From NCBI GenBank assembly GCA_963663275.1, contig OY760183.1, positions 1,632,001 through 1,696,000 of the forward strand: a DNA stretch of 64,000 bases, read 5' to 3'. The translations under genes were made by a program, and so were the position numbers. Source of the DNA: Chloroflexota bacterium (GTDB lineage: Bacteria > Chloroflexota > UBA11872 > VXOZ01). This document shows, piece by piece, positions 24,079-33,215 of this stretch. How positions within the stretch are numbered: position 1 is the stretch's first letter; every line of letters starts with the position of its first letter. The notes below the pieces were generated by a model. It saw only the letters and a program-made list of their open reading frames with translations, did no database searches and was not told the origin of the DNA.

Positions 24079-24870
24079 CTAGTAGTGAATATCCTTGCCT
24101 AACTCTTTCACCCCGGCGGAGAATTGGTCGAGCGCGCCGCTGAGCATCTCCCGGGCGTCGCGGTCTGAGGCCGCCCGCGCCACAAAGTCCACCGGCATGT
24201 GGGTATCGCTGCGCAGGGCCACGTACGCCTTCGCGTAGAGGCCGGGATATTGTTGCATCGCCTCTTCGATGAGCGGCGAGCACTCGGACTCGCTCATGTT
24301 CACGAACACGCGGCGGGCGGCGCTCTTGGTCTCGAGCGAATCCGAAATGGCGGTCGCCACGTAGCGATCGAAAAGCGCCTCCATCTCGCGCGGCGGGCCC
24401 GGCATCACGAAGTAGGTCGTCTCGGCTTTGCTCACCTGGATGCAGGGCGCCCATCCGGCCGGGCTTGCCCAGACGACTGCGTTTTCCGGCACGGTAGCCA
24501 TCTTGCGCAGGCCGGGGGTCAGGTCGTCGGCGCTCATTTGCCGCCGCCGCTGGTAGTCTTCCAGCAGGTTTGGCTCCTCGTAGGTACCCACGCCCAAGAG
24601 CCGCGCCAGGGCCTCCACGGTAATGTCGTCGGGCGTAGGGCCGAGGCCGCCGGTGACCACCACGAAGTCCGCGCCGGCGTCGGCGGCGTCTTGCAGCGCG
24701 GCGATAATTTCATCCAGCACGTCGGGAAGCACGACGATCCGCCGCACTTCCGCGCCCAGGTCGGTAAGTTGCTGCGCCAGCCAGAATGAATTGGTGTCCT
24801 GGATGCGGCCTAGCACCAGTTCGGTGCCAATGGCCACGATCCGCACCGTGGGAACGTGAGGGTCCGGCAC
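24079..24870 (-). CDS. CinA-like molybdopterin-binding domain protein (no PncC domain)
   Basis: AIGTELVLGRIQDTNS, TGGLGPTPDDIT, MPGPPREM. Confidence 0.9.
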   Translation of the reverse strand: MPDPHVPTVRIVAIGTELVLGRIQDTNSFWLAQQLTDLGAEVRRIVVLPDVLDEIIAALQDAADAGADFVVVTGGLGPTPDDITVEALARLLGVGTYEEPNLLEDYQRRRQMSADDLTPGLRKMATVPENAVVWASPAGWAPCIQVSKAETTYFVMPGPPREMEALFDRYVATAISDSLETKSAARRVFVNMSESECSPLIEEAMQQYPGLYAKAYVALRSDTHMPVDFVARAASDRDAREMLSGALDQFSAGVKELGKDIHY

Positions 24871-24884
24871 GCTTTTCTCTCCTT

Positions 24885-26621
24885 CTATCCAAAGAACGGC
24901 AGCCGCCAGCCCTCCAGGGGCGAGCGCACGCGCGTGACGTTCTTCCTCGTCTTGATGTACCAGCGGTCGATTTCGGCCAAGCGGGATTCAACGGTGGGCA
25001 GCACCATGGGCACGCTGACGCCGCGCACGGTGGCGCGCACGGCAAAGCTGTAGCGCGGCGTGAGCAGCATCAAGCTGGGCGCTTCCTCGGCGAACGTGCG
25101 CTGGAAGTCCGCGTACATGGCTTTGCGTTCGTTCTGGTCCAGGGTGTGGCGGGCGTTCTGGAGCGCCTCGTCCACGCGGGGATCGACGAATCCGGCAAAG
25201 TTCCAGCCGCTGTCGATCTGGCTCGAGTGCCACGTCACGTACGGATCGGGATCCAGGCCGTCCAGCAGCCAGGTGTAGAGGGCGATGTCGAACTCACGGG
25301 TCAGCAGAAAGTCGTTGAGCAAACCGGAGGGGCGCTCGGCTTGCACCGCGGCGGCGATGCCAACCGCCCACAATTGCTCCACGATCGCTTCGGCGAGTCT
25401 AATCTGGTCCGGCGCGTCCGTAGTCAGCAGCGTGAGCGAGAGGCGCACGCCGTCCTTGGCGCGCACTTGATCCGGGCCGGGCCTCCAGCCGGCTTCGTCC
25501 AGGAGCGCCCGGCTCTTCTGCGGGTCGTACGGGTAGCGCGCCACGTCATTGAAATAGGCCCACGAGAGCGGCAAAATCGGACTTTCCAGCGGATCCGCGG
25601 CGCCCGCCAGCACGTCCCGCGCCAGGTATTCGCGGTCGATGGCGTGGGCAATCGCTTGCCGCACCGCGCGCTCGTAGAACTGGTTGCGGCGCAGATTGAA
25701 GTAGAGAATCGTATAGCCGGCCAGCGGCGCGCTATAGGCCTGCACGTCGGCCAATGCCTCCACCCGGCCGGCTTCCGCGGCCGGCAGGTAGCTCACGCCT
25801 TCCACCTCGCCTCGCTCCAGGGCCGTAATGGTAGCCTTGGCGTTGGGATAGAACTTGAACTTGATGAAGCGGATGCGGGGGCGGCCGTTGTGGTACGCCT
25901 CGTTCACCCGCAGCAGGGCGGATTCCTCGGTGACCTCCACCACCCGGTACGGGCCGGTGCCGATTGGCCGCAGATTGAAGAGGCTGAGCCTGATTTGATC
26001 GATGGTAATCCCGTCCAAACGATGACGGGGCAGGATGCCGATGGTGGCGTACTCGAGGATGGGCACGTAGACGTTGTTGAGCACAAAGACGCGCACGGCC
26101 CAGTCGCCGGCGCGCTCTGCCCTGACGTTGCTCCATACGGGATGATTGTGCTGGGGACTGGACAAGAGCGCGAAGGTGAAGAGCACGTCGTCCGCCGTAA
26201 AGGCCGCGCCGTCGTGCCACGTCACGTCGGACCGCAGGAAGAACGTGTAGGAACGGCTGGCGGTGTCGATCTCCCAGCCGGTGGCCAGGTCGGGCACGAT
26301 CGCGCCGTCGGGCGCGTAGGCGGTGAGGCCGTTGAAGACCAGTTGGGAAATGGTGCGCGCCGTCTCGTCCTGGGCAAGGACGGAAACCAACGTGGGCGGC
26401 GGTCCCAACGTGCCTTCGATGTAGGTGCCGCCGTAGTCGGGGACGTCTTCAACGGTGGCGGCATAGGCGAAATACGCCAGCAGCGCCGCCACCAGCAGCG
26501 AACCGACGCCGCCGACCAGGACCGCGCCGGCAATGCGCGAAGAGGAGGGCGACCTCATCGAAGATGGAGATCTCATCGGAGACGGCGATTTCGTCGAAGA
26601 CGGCGCAATTCGATCAGCCAT
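24885..26621 (-). CDS. Peptide/nickel ABC transporter substrate-binding protein (family 5)
   Basis: VFNGL..PDLATGW..FFLRSDVTWHDG..FTADDV, PIGTGPY, VRQAIAHAIDR; N-terminal TM anchor. Confidence 0.92.
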   Translation of the reverse strand: MADRIAPSSTKSPSPMRSPSSMRSPSSSRIAGAVLVGGVGSLLVAALLAYFAYAATVEDVPDYGGTYIEGTLGPPPTLVSVLAQDETARTISQLVFNGLTAYAPDGAIVPDLATGWEIDTASRSYTFFLRSDVTWHDGAAFTADDVLFTFALLSSPQHNHPVWSNVRAERAGDWAVRVFVLNNVYVPILEYATIGILPRHRLDGITIDQIRLSLFNLRPIGTGPYRVVEVTEESALLRVNEAYHNGRPRIRFIKFKFYPNAKATITALERGEVEGVSYLPAAEAGRVEALADVQAYSAPLAGYTILYFNLRRNQFYERAVRQAIAHAIDREYLARDVLAGAADPLESPILPLSWAYFNDVARYPYDPQKSRALLDEAGWRPGPDQVRAKDGVRLSLTLLTTDAPDQIRLAEAIVEQLWAVGIAAAVQAERPSGLLNDFLLTREFDIALYTWLLDGLDPDPYVTWHSSQIDSGWNFAGFVDPRVDEALQNARHTLDQNERKAMYADFQRTFAEEAPSLMLLTPRYSFAVRATVRGVSVPMVLPTVESRLAEIDRWYIKTRKNVTRVRSPLEGWRLPFFG

Positions 26622-26641
26622 GCTTCACGCCCAGCCGCGCG

Positions 26642-26857
26642 CTAGATGCGCACGAGGATGATCGACACGAGGATGAAGAGCGCCGCGATGCCAATCGTGA
26701 CGTTGAAGAGCAGCCGGTCGACGCCGCGGCGCGTATTGTGAATGGTGTCCGAGCCGCCAAACGCCGAGCCCAGCGCGGCGCCGCCCGCCTGCAACAGCAC
26801 CGCCGCCACCAGCGCGACGGACAGGATGATCTGTATTATCTGGAGATATTGTTCCAT
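26642..26857 (-). CDS. secG: Preprotein translocase subunit SecG
   Basis: VLLQAGGAALGSAFGG..TRRGVDRLLF, two TM helices; ATG 26857 with GGAG RBS. Confidence 0.92.
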   Translation of the reverse strand: MEQYLQIIQIILSVALVAAVLLQAGGAALGSAFGGSDTIHNTRRGVDRLLFNVTIGIAALFILVSIILVRI

Positions 26858-27117
26858 CTGGACTTTCTTCTCCTCACTCTGCAATATCTTATTCCGCGGG
26901 TGACTGCCGCGCCGGCGCGCAACCGGCGCCGGACGCGCCGTCAAGGCCGCCGCGCAGTATGCGTCACCGTGCCGCGATGCCGCGACTTCGGCCCGTTCAG
27001 CCAATTCCTCACCGTGGGGAGGCAGCCTCCACCAGGGGCGGGCATCGTCATGTCCGCTTCATTATACCAAGTCTGAGCGGAGGGAGAGCGGCGGTTTGAT
27101 TGTGGCGCGCTGTACTA

Positions 27118-27273
27118 CCCGTTCACCCTTCGACGCGGCTCAGGGCGAACGGATAGAACAGCGCATAATAGTCCTATGGGGCTACATGGGGGCTTGTCCC
27201 CCGCCGGAGAAAGAGAAGCGGTCACGCCAAGGATTGACCGTAGAGCGAACGCAGGTTGCAAACCTGCGCTACC
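27118..27273. repeat. Cluster of palindromes (CCCTTCGAC..CTCAGGGCGAACGG family plus GTAG types)
   Basis: CCGTTCACCCTTCGACGCGGCTCAGGGCGAACGG 27119-27152; GGGGGCTTGTCCCCCG ~27188; GCAGGTTGCAAACCTGCGCTACC ~27251. Confidence 0.75.
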
Positions 27274-27452
27274 GGAGCTGGAGTTCTATCGGAGTTGCAG
27301 GTCAGAGAGTGCCTGCGTCGCGTGTCAGGGATGTTGTGCCAAAATCGAGACTTGACAGTCGCTTTCTCGGTGCGCCGGAGGCCCCGGCTCATGCGCATCT
27401 ACGCTACAATGGCTAGGCGCAACCGCCAGTTAGCATGAGAGGAGACCGCAGC

Positions 27453-28322
27453 GTGTATAAGAAGATCAGTGGCTTTGGCGATGAGATTACCGACGACTTC
27501 GGCGCGCAACTCGACGCCATGCAGGAAATCGGCATCGACTACATCGAAGTGCGCAATCTGGCCTTCGACGGGAAGCCCAGGGACGTGGTGGTCGATCTCT
27601 CGGAAGACGACTTGCGGGCGGCGAAACAGGCGCTGGACAGCCGCGGCATGAGGGTTTCCGCCATCGGCTCGCCGATCGGCAAGATCGGCATTACCGACGA
27701 CTTCGACGCGCATCTGGAACGCTTCCAGGGCGCGTTGCGCGCCGCCGACGTGTTTGAGACCTCCGCAATCCGCATGTTCTCCTTCTTCATGCCGGAGGGC
27801 GAAGACCCGGCGCAGTACCGGGATGAAGTGATGCGCCGCCTCCAGGCGCTGAGCGACGCGGCGCGGCGGTACCGGCCGGACATCATGCTGCTGCACGAGA
27901 ACGAGAGCGACATCTACGGCGACACGCCGGCGCGCTGCCAGGACATCTTCGAGTCGGTCGGCGCCGAGAACCTCCGCCTTACCCTCGACCCGGCAAACTT
28001 CGTGGCCTGCGGCGTGAAGCCCTATACCGAGGCCTACCCCGCGCTGAAACCCTGGCTGCAATATGTGCACGTGAAGGACAAGGAATCGCCGCAAGGCAAG
28101 GTGGTCATCGCCGGTGAAGGCGGCGCGGAATGGCGCGAACTCCTGCGCGCGTTGAAAGCCGACGGGTACGACGGCTTCTTCTCGCTGGAACCGCACTTGC
28201 AGGTGGCGGGCCGCTCCTTTGGCTACACCGGGCACGACCTCTTCGCCCAGGCGCACGCGGGCTTGATGACCCTGCTGACGGAAACCGGCTGGCAGTCCGC
28301 GCCCGCTGGCGGCGCCGCGTAG
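27453..28322 (+). CDS. Sugar phosphate isomerase/epimerase (TIM barrel)
   Basis: ISGFGDEI, SAIGSPIGK, IRMFSF, HENE, DPANF, HVKD, SLEPHL; GTG start with AGGAG RBS. Confidence 0.9.
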   Translation: MYKKISGFGDEITDDFGAQLDAMQEIGIDYIEVRNLAFDGKPRDVVVDLSEDDLRAAKQALDSRGMRVSAIGSPIGKIGITDDFDAHLERFQGALRAADVFETSAIRMFSFFMPEGEDPAQYRDEVMRRLQALSDAARRYRPDIMLLHENESDIYGDTPARCQDIFESVGAENLRLTLDPANFVACGVKPYTEAYPALKPWLQYVHVKDKESPQGKVVIAGEGGAEWRELLRALKADGYDGFFSLEPHLQVAGRSFGYTGHDLFAQAHAGLMTLLTETGWQSAPAGGAA

Positions 28323-28346
28323 TCCGCTGCCGCACACGTGCGGTGT

Positions 28347-28482
28347 ACGACAAAGGCGTAGGTTCACGACAGAGGTGTAGGGGCACGACAAAGGAGTGGG
28401 TGCCCGATAAAGGTGTAGAGGCACGACAGAGTTGTAGGTACGCGACAAAGGTGTAGGGGCACGACATGTCGTGCCCCTACAC
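28347..28482. repeat. Six degenerate 19-bp tandem units ending in a full GTAG palindrome
   Basis: Consensus ACGACAAAGGTGTAGGGGC x6, then GTGTAGGGGCACGACATGTCGTGCCCCTACAC. Confidence 0.88.
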
Positions 28483-28579
28483 CGGGCGGCAAACCCTTTT
28501 AGGCATCGTTTTCGTAACTGTCCACTCTCCTGCGGCCGCATTGCGCGGCGCGGGTCTCTGCACGGGCGCGCGTTGGGGG

Positions 28580-30325
28580 CTAGGCGATTTCCGTGATGGA
28601 GACGCTATCGAACCAGGCCGTGCCTGTCGTGCCCGGCAGGGCGGAGAGCGCCACCCGGCAGCAGTAGACATAATCCGGCAAGACGGGTGTGGCGACTGCA
28701 AGGCGCGTCCAGTCCTGGCCGGCTGCGCCGCGTTCGCTGCCGCCAACCGGTTCTGAGCGCGCGCGGCCAAGGAAGCCCATGTCGCCGTTCCATTCCAGCG
28801 AGACCGTCATCCCTCCGCCGCGCAGGTCTTTCGTGCGCACCCAGGCTTCGAGCGCGTAGCGTTTGCCGGCGGTGGCCGCGAGCAGTTTGCCGTCGTCATT
28901 CAGCACGCGGCGGATTGCGGGCACGATTGGCTCCGCGCCGTCGCTGTGCCAGCGGATGCTTTCCTGGCTCGTGCGCGCCACCGCCCCGTCGCGGGCGTAC
29001 TGCGGGCGCGGCAGCACCCAGCGCGCCGCGCCTTCTTCCATGCCTGCCACCACCGTGCCATGCGGCGGCAGGTCGGGATACGGCAGTTGCGGGCTGGCGG
29101 CGGACAATTCCGGCAGGGCCGCCGCCGGTTTGCGCAACGTCAGCGTGTCGAAGCAATTGCCGTCGGTGTCGATGGCGCGCACCCGGCATTCGTCCGGCGC
29201 AACCGACGTGAGTAGCAGGTGGTTGACGGGCTTTGCCAACGCCGAAACGGGATGCAGGTGGTCCCAGAGTTCGCTGGGCGCCAGGCTCATGTCGTAGCCG
29301 CCGCCGCCGGAGACGAAGTAGACCACGCCGATTTGGCTGTCGTACTCTCCGCCCCGCAGCGGATGGAAGCGCTCGTAGATGGTGGCGTGGGCGGTGTACA
29401 CGATGTCCACGCCGTAGCGTTCGAACAAGGGGCAGAGCGCGCGGGTGGCCGGTATCTCGCAATTGTTCGAACAGTACGGCGGATGATGGAAGACGACGAA
29501 TTTCCAGCGGGCGTTCTGAAAAGTCTTGAGGTCGTGTTCCAGCCAGTGCCATTGCTCCGAGCCGGGCCGGTAGTCCAAGTTGCTGTTGAGCACGGTGAAG
29601 TGCGCCGCGCCGTAGTTGAAGGAATACCAGTAGTGGGGTTCCGGGTAGTTGAAGTAGCGGAAGTAGCCCTCGTTGGGGGAGTCGTGATTGCCCATGGCGG
29701 CGAACCACGGCGTGTAAGGCAGAAGATTCGACGTGCACGCGAAGAAATCGCTGAAGCGCGCAATCTCGTCCTGGGCGTGGTCGCCGGCCCCGACGCAGAT
29801 GTCCGCCCGGTAGGCGCGGGCAAGGCCGGCGTTGCGGCGGTGGACGTGGTTGACACGCAGGCTGTCGCCGTAGGTGGCGAACGAGAAGGGCGAGTTTGCG
29901 CGAACGGCGGTGCGAAAGCTGGCGGGGGCTGAGGTGACTGTTTCTTTTCCCAACGGTGAATGGGCATGATTTTGGTTGGCAGGAGAGAAGACCCCCTCAC
30001 CCCGGCCCTCTCCCCAGGGAGAGGGAGAGAAAGAGGAAGGGGGAGAGGGGGAAGTCTGCGGGATTGCGGAGCAAGAGGAAACCCGGTAGAAGTAGTCTTG
30101 TTCGGCCTCGAGGCCGGTGATGCGGACGGCGTGGACTGTGCGCGGTTCGGGGTCTTCGCTGCGGCAGGGATAGGTCGGTTCCGGCCGGCCAGCGTAGGCG
30201 CTCCAGCCCAGGCGGGCGCTGCGTTCGTACTCCACGACAGAGGTGGCGGGTTCGTCGGTCTGCCACATGATGGTGATCGCGTCGTGGGCCACGTTTTGCA
30301 GATACGGGCCGGCGGTGATTTTCAT
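28580..30325 (-). CDS. Metallophosphoesterase (purple acid phosphatase-like; FN3 plus catalytic plus C-terminal carbohydrate-binding-like domain) with in-frame repeat insertion
   Basis: GPYLQ..TIMWQTD, YFYRV..SFRTA, YGDS, AGD, GNHD, HHPPY, YER, VSGGGG; ATG 30325 lies 5 nt after the kelch gene stop. Confidence 0.87.
   Translation of the reverse strand: MKITAGPYLQNVAHDAITIMWQTDEPATSVVEYERSARLGWSAYAGRPEPTYPCRSEDPEPRTVHAVRITGLEAEQDYFYRVSSCSAIPQTSPSPPSSFSPSPWGEGRGEGVFSPANQNHAHSPLGKETVTSAPASFRTAVRANSPFSFATYGDSLRVNHVHRRNAGLARAYRADICVGAGDHAQDEIARFSDFFACTSNLLPYTPWFAAMGNHDSPNEGYFRYFNYPEPHYWYSFNYGAAHFTVLNSNLDYRPGSEQWHWLEHDLKTFQNARWKFVVFHHPPYCSNNCEIPATRALCPLFERYGVDIVYTAHATIYERFHPLRGGEYDSQIGVVYFVSGGGGYDMSLAPSELWDHLHPVSALAKPVNHLLLTSVAPDECRVRAIDTDGNCFDTLTLRKPAAALPELSAASPQLPYPDLPPHGTVVAGMEEGAARWVLPRPQYARDGAVARTSQESIRWHSDGAEPIVPAIRRVLNDDGKLLAATAGKRYALEAWVRTKDLRGGGMTVSLEWNGDMGFLGRARSEPVGGSERGAAGQDWTRLAVATPVLPDYVYCCRVALSALPGTTGTAWFDSVSITEIA
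29993..30025. repeat. CCCTCACCC..CCCTCTCCC-nnn-GGGAGAGGG hairpin inside a coding sequence
   Basis: CCCCTCACCCCGGCCCTCTCCCCAGGGAGAGGG, read as SPSPWGEGRGEG on the minus strand. Confidence 0.9.
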
Positions 30326-30330
30326 ACGCG

Positions 30331-31260
30331 CTACCGCTGGTACGACCACACGTCGTTGTAAAGCGTATCGCCAAAGCCGCCGATCACCCAGAGCTTGTCC
30401 CGGTATGCGAGGCAGACCGGCGCGTGGCGAATCGGCCAGATAGGATCGCCAACCGCTTCCGTCCAATGCGCGCCGTCGGAAGAGAACCAGACGTCGTTGC
30501 GGTTGCCGTTGTGGTGGCCGCCGATGATCCACAGCTTGTCGTCGTACACTGCCGAGGCGTGGAAGCGGCGTTCTTCCCACTCAGCCTGGACGTTAACCAG
30601 ATCCCACTTCTTGCCGTCGGTGGAGCGCCATACGTCGTTATGGTTGACAACGGTATTGTTCGGGTAGTTGGTGTTGTAGACGCCGCCGCCCATGAGCCAC
30701 ATTGTGCCGTCGAAGACGACCGAGGTGTGCATACTGCGGGCGCTCCACGGCGCGTGCTCCGTTACCAGGTCCCAATGCTCGCCGTCGGTTGACGTCCAGA
30801 CGTCCTGATAGTGGTGAAACTTCTCGATGTCGAAGCCGCCAAAGAGCCACATTCTGCCGTCATAGACTACGGCGGAGGCCGCGGTGCGCCGCCCCCACGG
30901 CGCATTCTCGGTGGCGGCAACCCAGTCTTTGCCGTCGGCGGAACACCAGACGTCTTGCAGAGAAATGTCGGGTTTGTCCGAGCCGCCAAAGAGCCAGACC
31001 TTGTCGTTGTAGACCAGCGTGCAGGGGAGGTTGCGCTTGCGCCACGGCGCGGCGGGCGTGACTGCCTCCCAGTGGACGCCGTCGGACGACGACCAGACGT
31101 CGTTGACGCGGGTGGGGATGAAACCGCCGAATATCCACATCTTATCGCGGAAGACGGCTGCTCCCATGGAGTCGCGCTTCGTCCACGGGGCTTGGGCCGT
31201 TTCTTGTTGCCAGGTTATGCGCGCCGCTTGGCTTGTTGAGTCAGTTGGCATGGGTGTCAT
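30331..31260 (-). CDS. Kelch-like beta-propeller repeat protein
   Basis: Six repeats of (A/P)W..R....V(Y/F).GKMW(L/I).GG....(N/Q)DVW.S.DG. Confidence 0.88.
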   Translation of the reverse strand: MTPMPTDSTSQAARITWQQETAQAPWTKRDSMGAAVFRDKMWIFGGFIPTRVNDVWSSSDGVHWEAVTPAAPWRKRNLPCTLVYNDKVWLFGGSDKPDISLQDVWCSADGKDWVAATENAPWGRRTAASAVVYDGRMWLFGGFDIEKFHHYQDVWTSTDGEHWDLVTEHAPWSARSMHTSVVFDGTMWLMGGGVYNTNYPNNTVVNHNDVWRSTDGKKWDLVNVQAEWEERRFHASAVYDDKLWIIGGHHNGNRNDVWFSSDGAHWTEAVGDPIWPIRHAPVCLAYRDKLWVIGGFGDTLYNDVWSYQR

Positions 31261-31469
31261 CGCTTTCTTGAGGTCAGTGTGATGGGGCCGACGAGGGCCT
31301 GTGGCTACGATAGCAGACCGAGAGGGTGTTTCCAAAGCGAATGTCGCGCGCCGGGGGTCGTGTCGCGGCTTGGCGCGGCGGTCTATCGTACAATGGATAC
31401 CGACAGGGGTTGCGCGTCCTTGTGCGGTTGCTGGATTCGCGCGGAGTGCCGGAGGCAGGGTGAAGCGCG

Positions 31470-32990
31470 GTGATTATCTACACGGATCACGATGAGGAAC
31501 GCCTCTACCCGGAGGAAGAGAAGATCGCCGACGAGCGGGCGGAGTTCGAACGCGACCGCGCCCGCATCATCCACAGCGCCGCTTTCCGGCGGTTGCAGGG
31601 CAAGACGCAGGTCTTCGGCGTGCGCTACGGCGACTTCTTTCGCACGCGGCTCACGCATTCGCTGGAGGTGGCGCAGATCGGCAAGGCGCTGGCGTTGCGG
31701 TTAGGGGCGGATCCGACCTTGGTCGAGGCGATTTGCCTGGCGCACGACATCGGCCATCCGCCGTTCGGCCACCACGGGGAACAGGCACTGCGGTCGCGCA
31801 TGGCGGCGCTCGGCAATTTCGAGGCGAACGCCCAGAATCTGCGGGTGCTGACGCAGCTTGAGGTGAAGTCGGACCGGTACGCCGGGCTCAATCTGACGCG
31901 GGGGGCGCTGGACGGACTGCTGAAGTATAAGGCGCTGTATGAAATTCCAAGTGGCGCGGGCGCGCTTGGCCAAGCGAACCCTCACCCTAACCCTCTCCCT
32001 CAGGGAGAGGGGATTCGTGGGAACGCGCCCAGCCCTCATCTCGATCCTCTCCCTCAGGGAGAGGGGACAAAGGGAGGGAGCGGGGACGCGCACAGTCGAA
32101 CGACAGGTGAGGATACTCGCCTTGGCTCTCTCCCTCAGGGTGAGGGGATTCAAGGGAACACACTCAATCCTCTTCTTGGTCATCTCTCTGAGAGAGAGGG
32201 GGCTGTTGCAGGGAACGAGATGAAGGCGTGCTACGCCGAGGATGCGCCGTTGCTTGCGTGGATTTGCGAGAGAGGCTCGTTGGAGGAGCGGTCGTTCGAG
32301 TGCCAAATCATGGATTGGGCCGACGACGTGGCGTATTCGGCGCACGATCTGGAAGACGGCATCAACGTGGGCATGATCAGCGTGCAGAACCTGCGGCGTC
32401 CGGCCAACCAGGAGGCGGTCGCGCGGCGCGTGCAGGCGGGCGCGGCGGAGCGGGGGCGCTCGTGGTCGGAGGCGGACGTGGTGCGAGAACTCGACTGGCT
32501 GGCGGCGCGCCTGAGCGAGTTGGAAGGCCTGCCGACGCCGCGCCACGCCCGGGCGGCATTGAAGGACTTGACCTCGCGCCTGATCAACGAATTCGTGCGC
32601 TGCGCTCAAGGCGCGCCCCGGCTGGGTTGGACGGAAGGCCTATCGGAACGCTACCGCTACGGCTTGATGGTGCCCGAAGCGCAGGAACGGCGCTGCGAGG
32701 TGCTGAAGCAGGTGGCGTTTGTGCTGGTGTTCGCGGAGCCGCGCGTGACGACGCTGGCGCATCGCGCGCACCACATGGTGGAGCGGCTGTTCGCGGTATT
32801 CCAGGCGGAGGAGAACGCGGCGATGTATCCCTTTGAGTTTCAAGACCAGTTTACGGGCGCGCGCAACGGCGCGGCGCGCATGAGGGTGGCCTGCGACTAC
32901 ATCGCCTCTATGACGGATTTCCAGGCCGAACGCGCCTACCAGCGCCTTTTCGTGCCCGGTTACGAGAGCATTCTGGATCCGTTAGTGTAG
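31470..32990 (+). CDS. dgt: dNTP triphosphohydrolase (dGTPase, HD domain) with in-frame repeat insertion
   Basis: FERDRARIIHSAAFRRLQGKTQV, RTRLTHSLEVAQI, AHDIGHPPFGH, FEANAQ, ADDVAYSAHDLEDG, DYIASMTD. Confidence 0.95.
   Translation: MIIYTDHDEERLYPEEEKIADERAEFERDRARIIHSAAFRRLQGKTQVFGVRYGDFFRTRLTHSLEVAQIGKALALRLGADPTLVEAICLAHDIGHPPFGHHGEQALRSRMAALGNFEANAQNLRVLTQLEVKSDRYAGLNLTRGALDGLLKYKALYEIPSGAGALGQANPHPNPLPQGEGIRGNAPSPHLDPLPQGEGTKGGSGDAHSRTTGEDTRLGSLPQGEGIQGNTLNPLLGHLSEREGAVAGNEMKACYAEDAPLLAWICERGSLEERSFECQIMDWADDVAYSAHDLEDGINVGMISVQNLRRPANQEAVARRVQAGAAERGRSWSEADVVRELDWLAARLSELEGLPTPRHARAALKDLTSRLINEFVRCAQGAPRLGWTEGLSERYRYGLMVPEAQERRCEVLKQVAFVLVFAEPRVTTLAHRAHHMVERLFAVFQAEENAAMYPFEFQDQFTGARNGAARMRVACDYIASMTDFQAERAYQRLFVPGYESILDPLV
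31979..32202. repeat. Four CCCTCTCCC/GGGAGAGGG hairpin copies inside dgt
   Basis: Copies at 31979-32012, 32033-32066, ~32116-32147 and ~32168-32202, encoding PHPNPLPQGEG, PHLDPLPQGEG, RLGSLPQGEG, LGHLSEREG. Confidence 0.9.
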
Positions 32991-33048
32991 ATTGCCGCCG
33001 CCCAACGGCAGGCCGTTCGGCCCTCAAATCCGGCATGTGTCAATCCGG

Positions 33049-33202
33049 CGTCAGGTGTAGGGGCACGACATGTCGTGCCCCTACACCTGACGTCCGGCCC
33101 CTTTACAACGTTGTTGAATTGCGTAGGGGCGGTTCGCGAACCGTCCCCACGGCGCACGGTGAATCACAATCCCGGTAGGGGCGGTTCGCGAACCGCCCCT
33201 AC
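33049..33202. repeat. GTAG-type palindromes between convergent genes
   Basis: 44-bp perfect palindrome 33049-33092; GTAGGGGCGGTTCGCGAACCGCCCCTAC-type copies at 33123 and 33175. Confidence 0.9.
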
Positions 33203-33215
33203 CTGTGTGCAGTGT

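Noticed and set aside
31941-32222. Intein or intron in the dGTPase
   Set aside because: No intein splice-junction motifs (N-terminal Cys/Ser block, C-terminal His-Asn) and no intron structure; the insert is explained by hairpin repeats.
31470-32990. Anti-phage dGTPase defence system
   Set aside because: Host-like composition and housekeeping context, with no defence-island neighbours.
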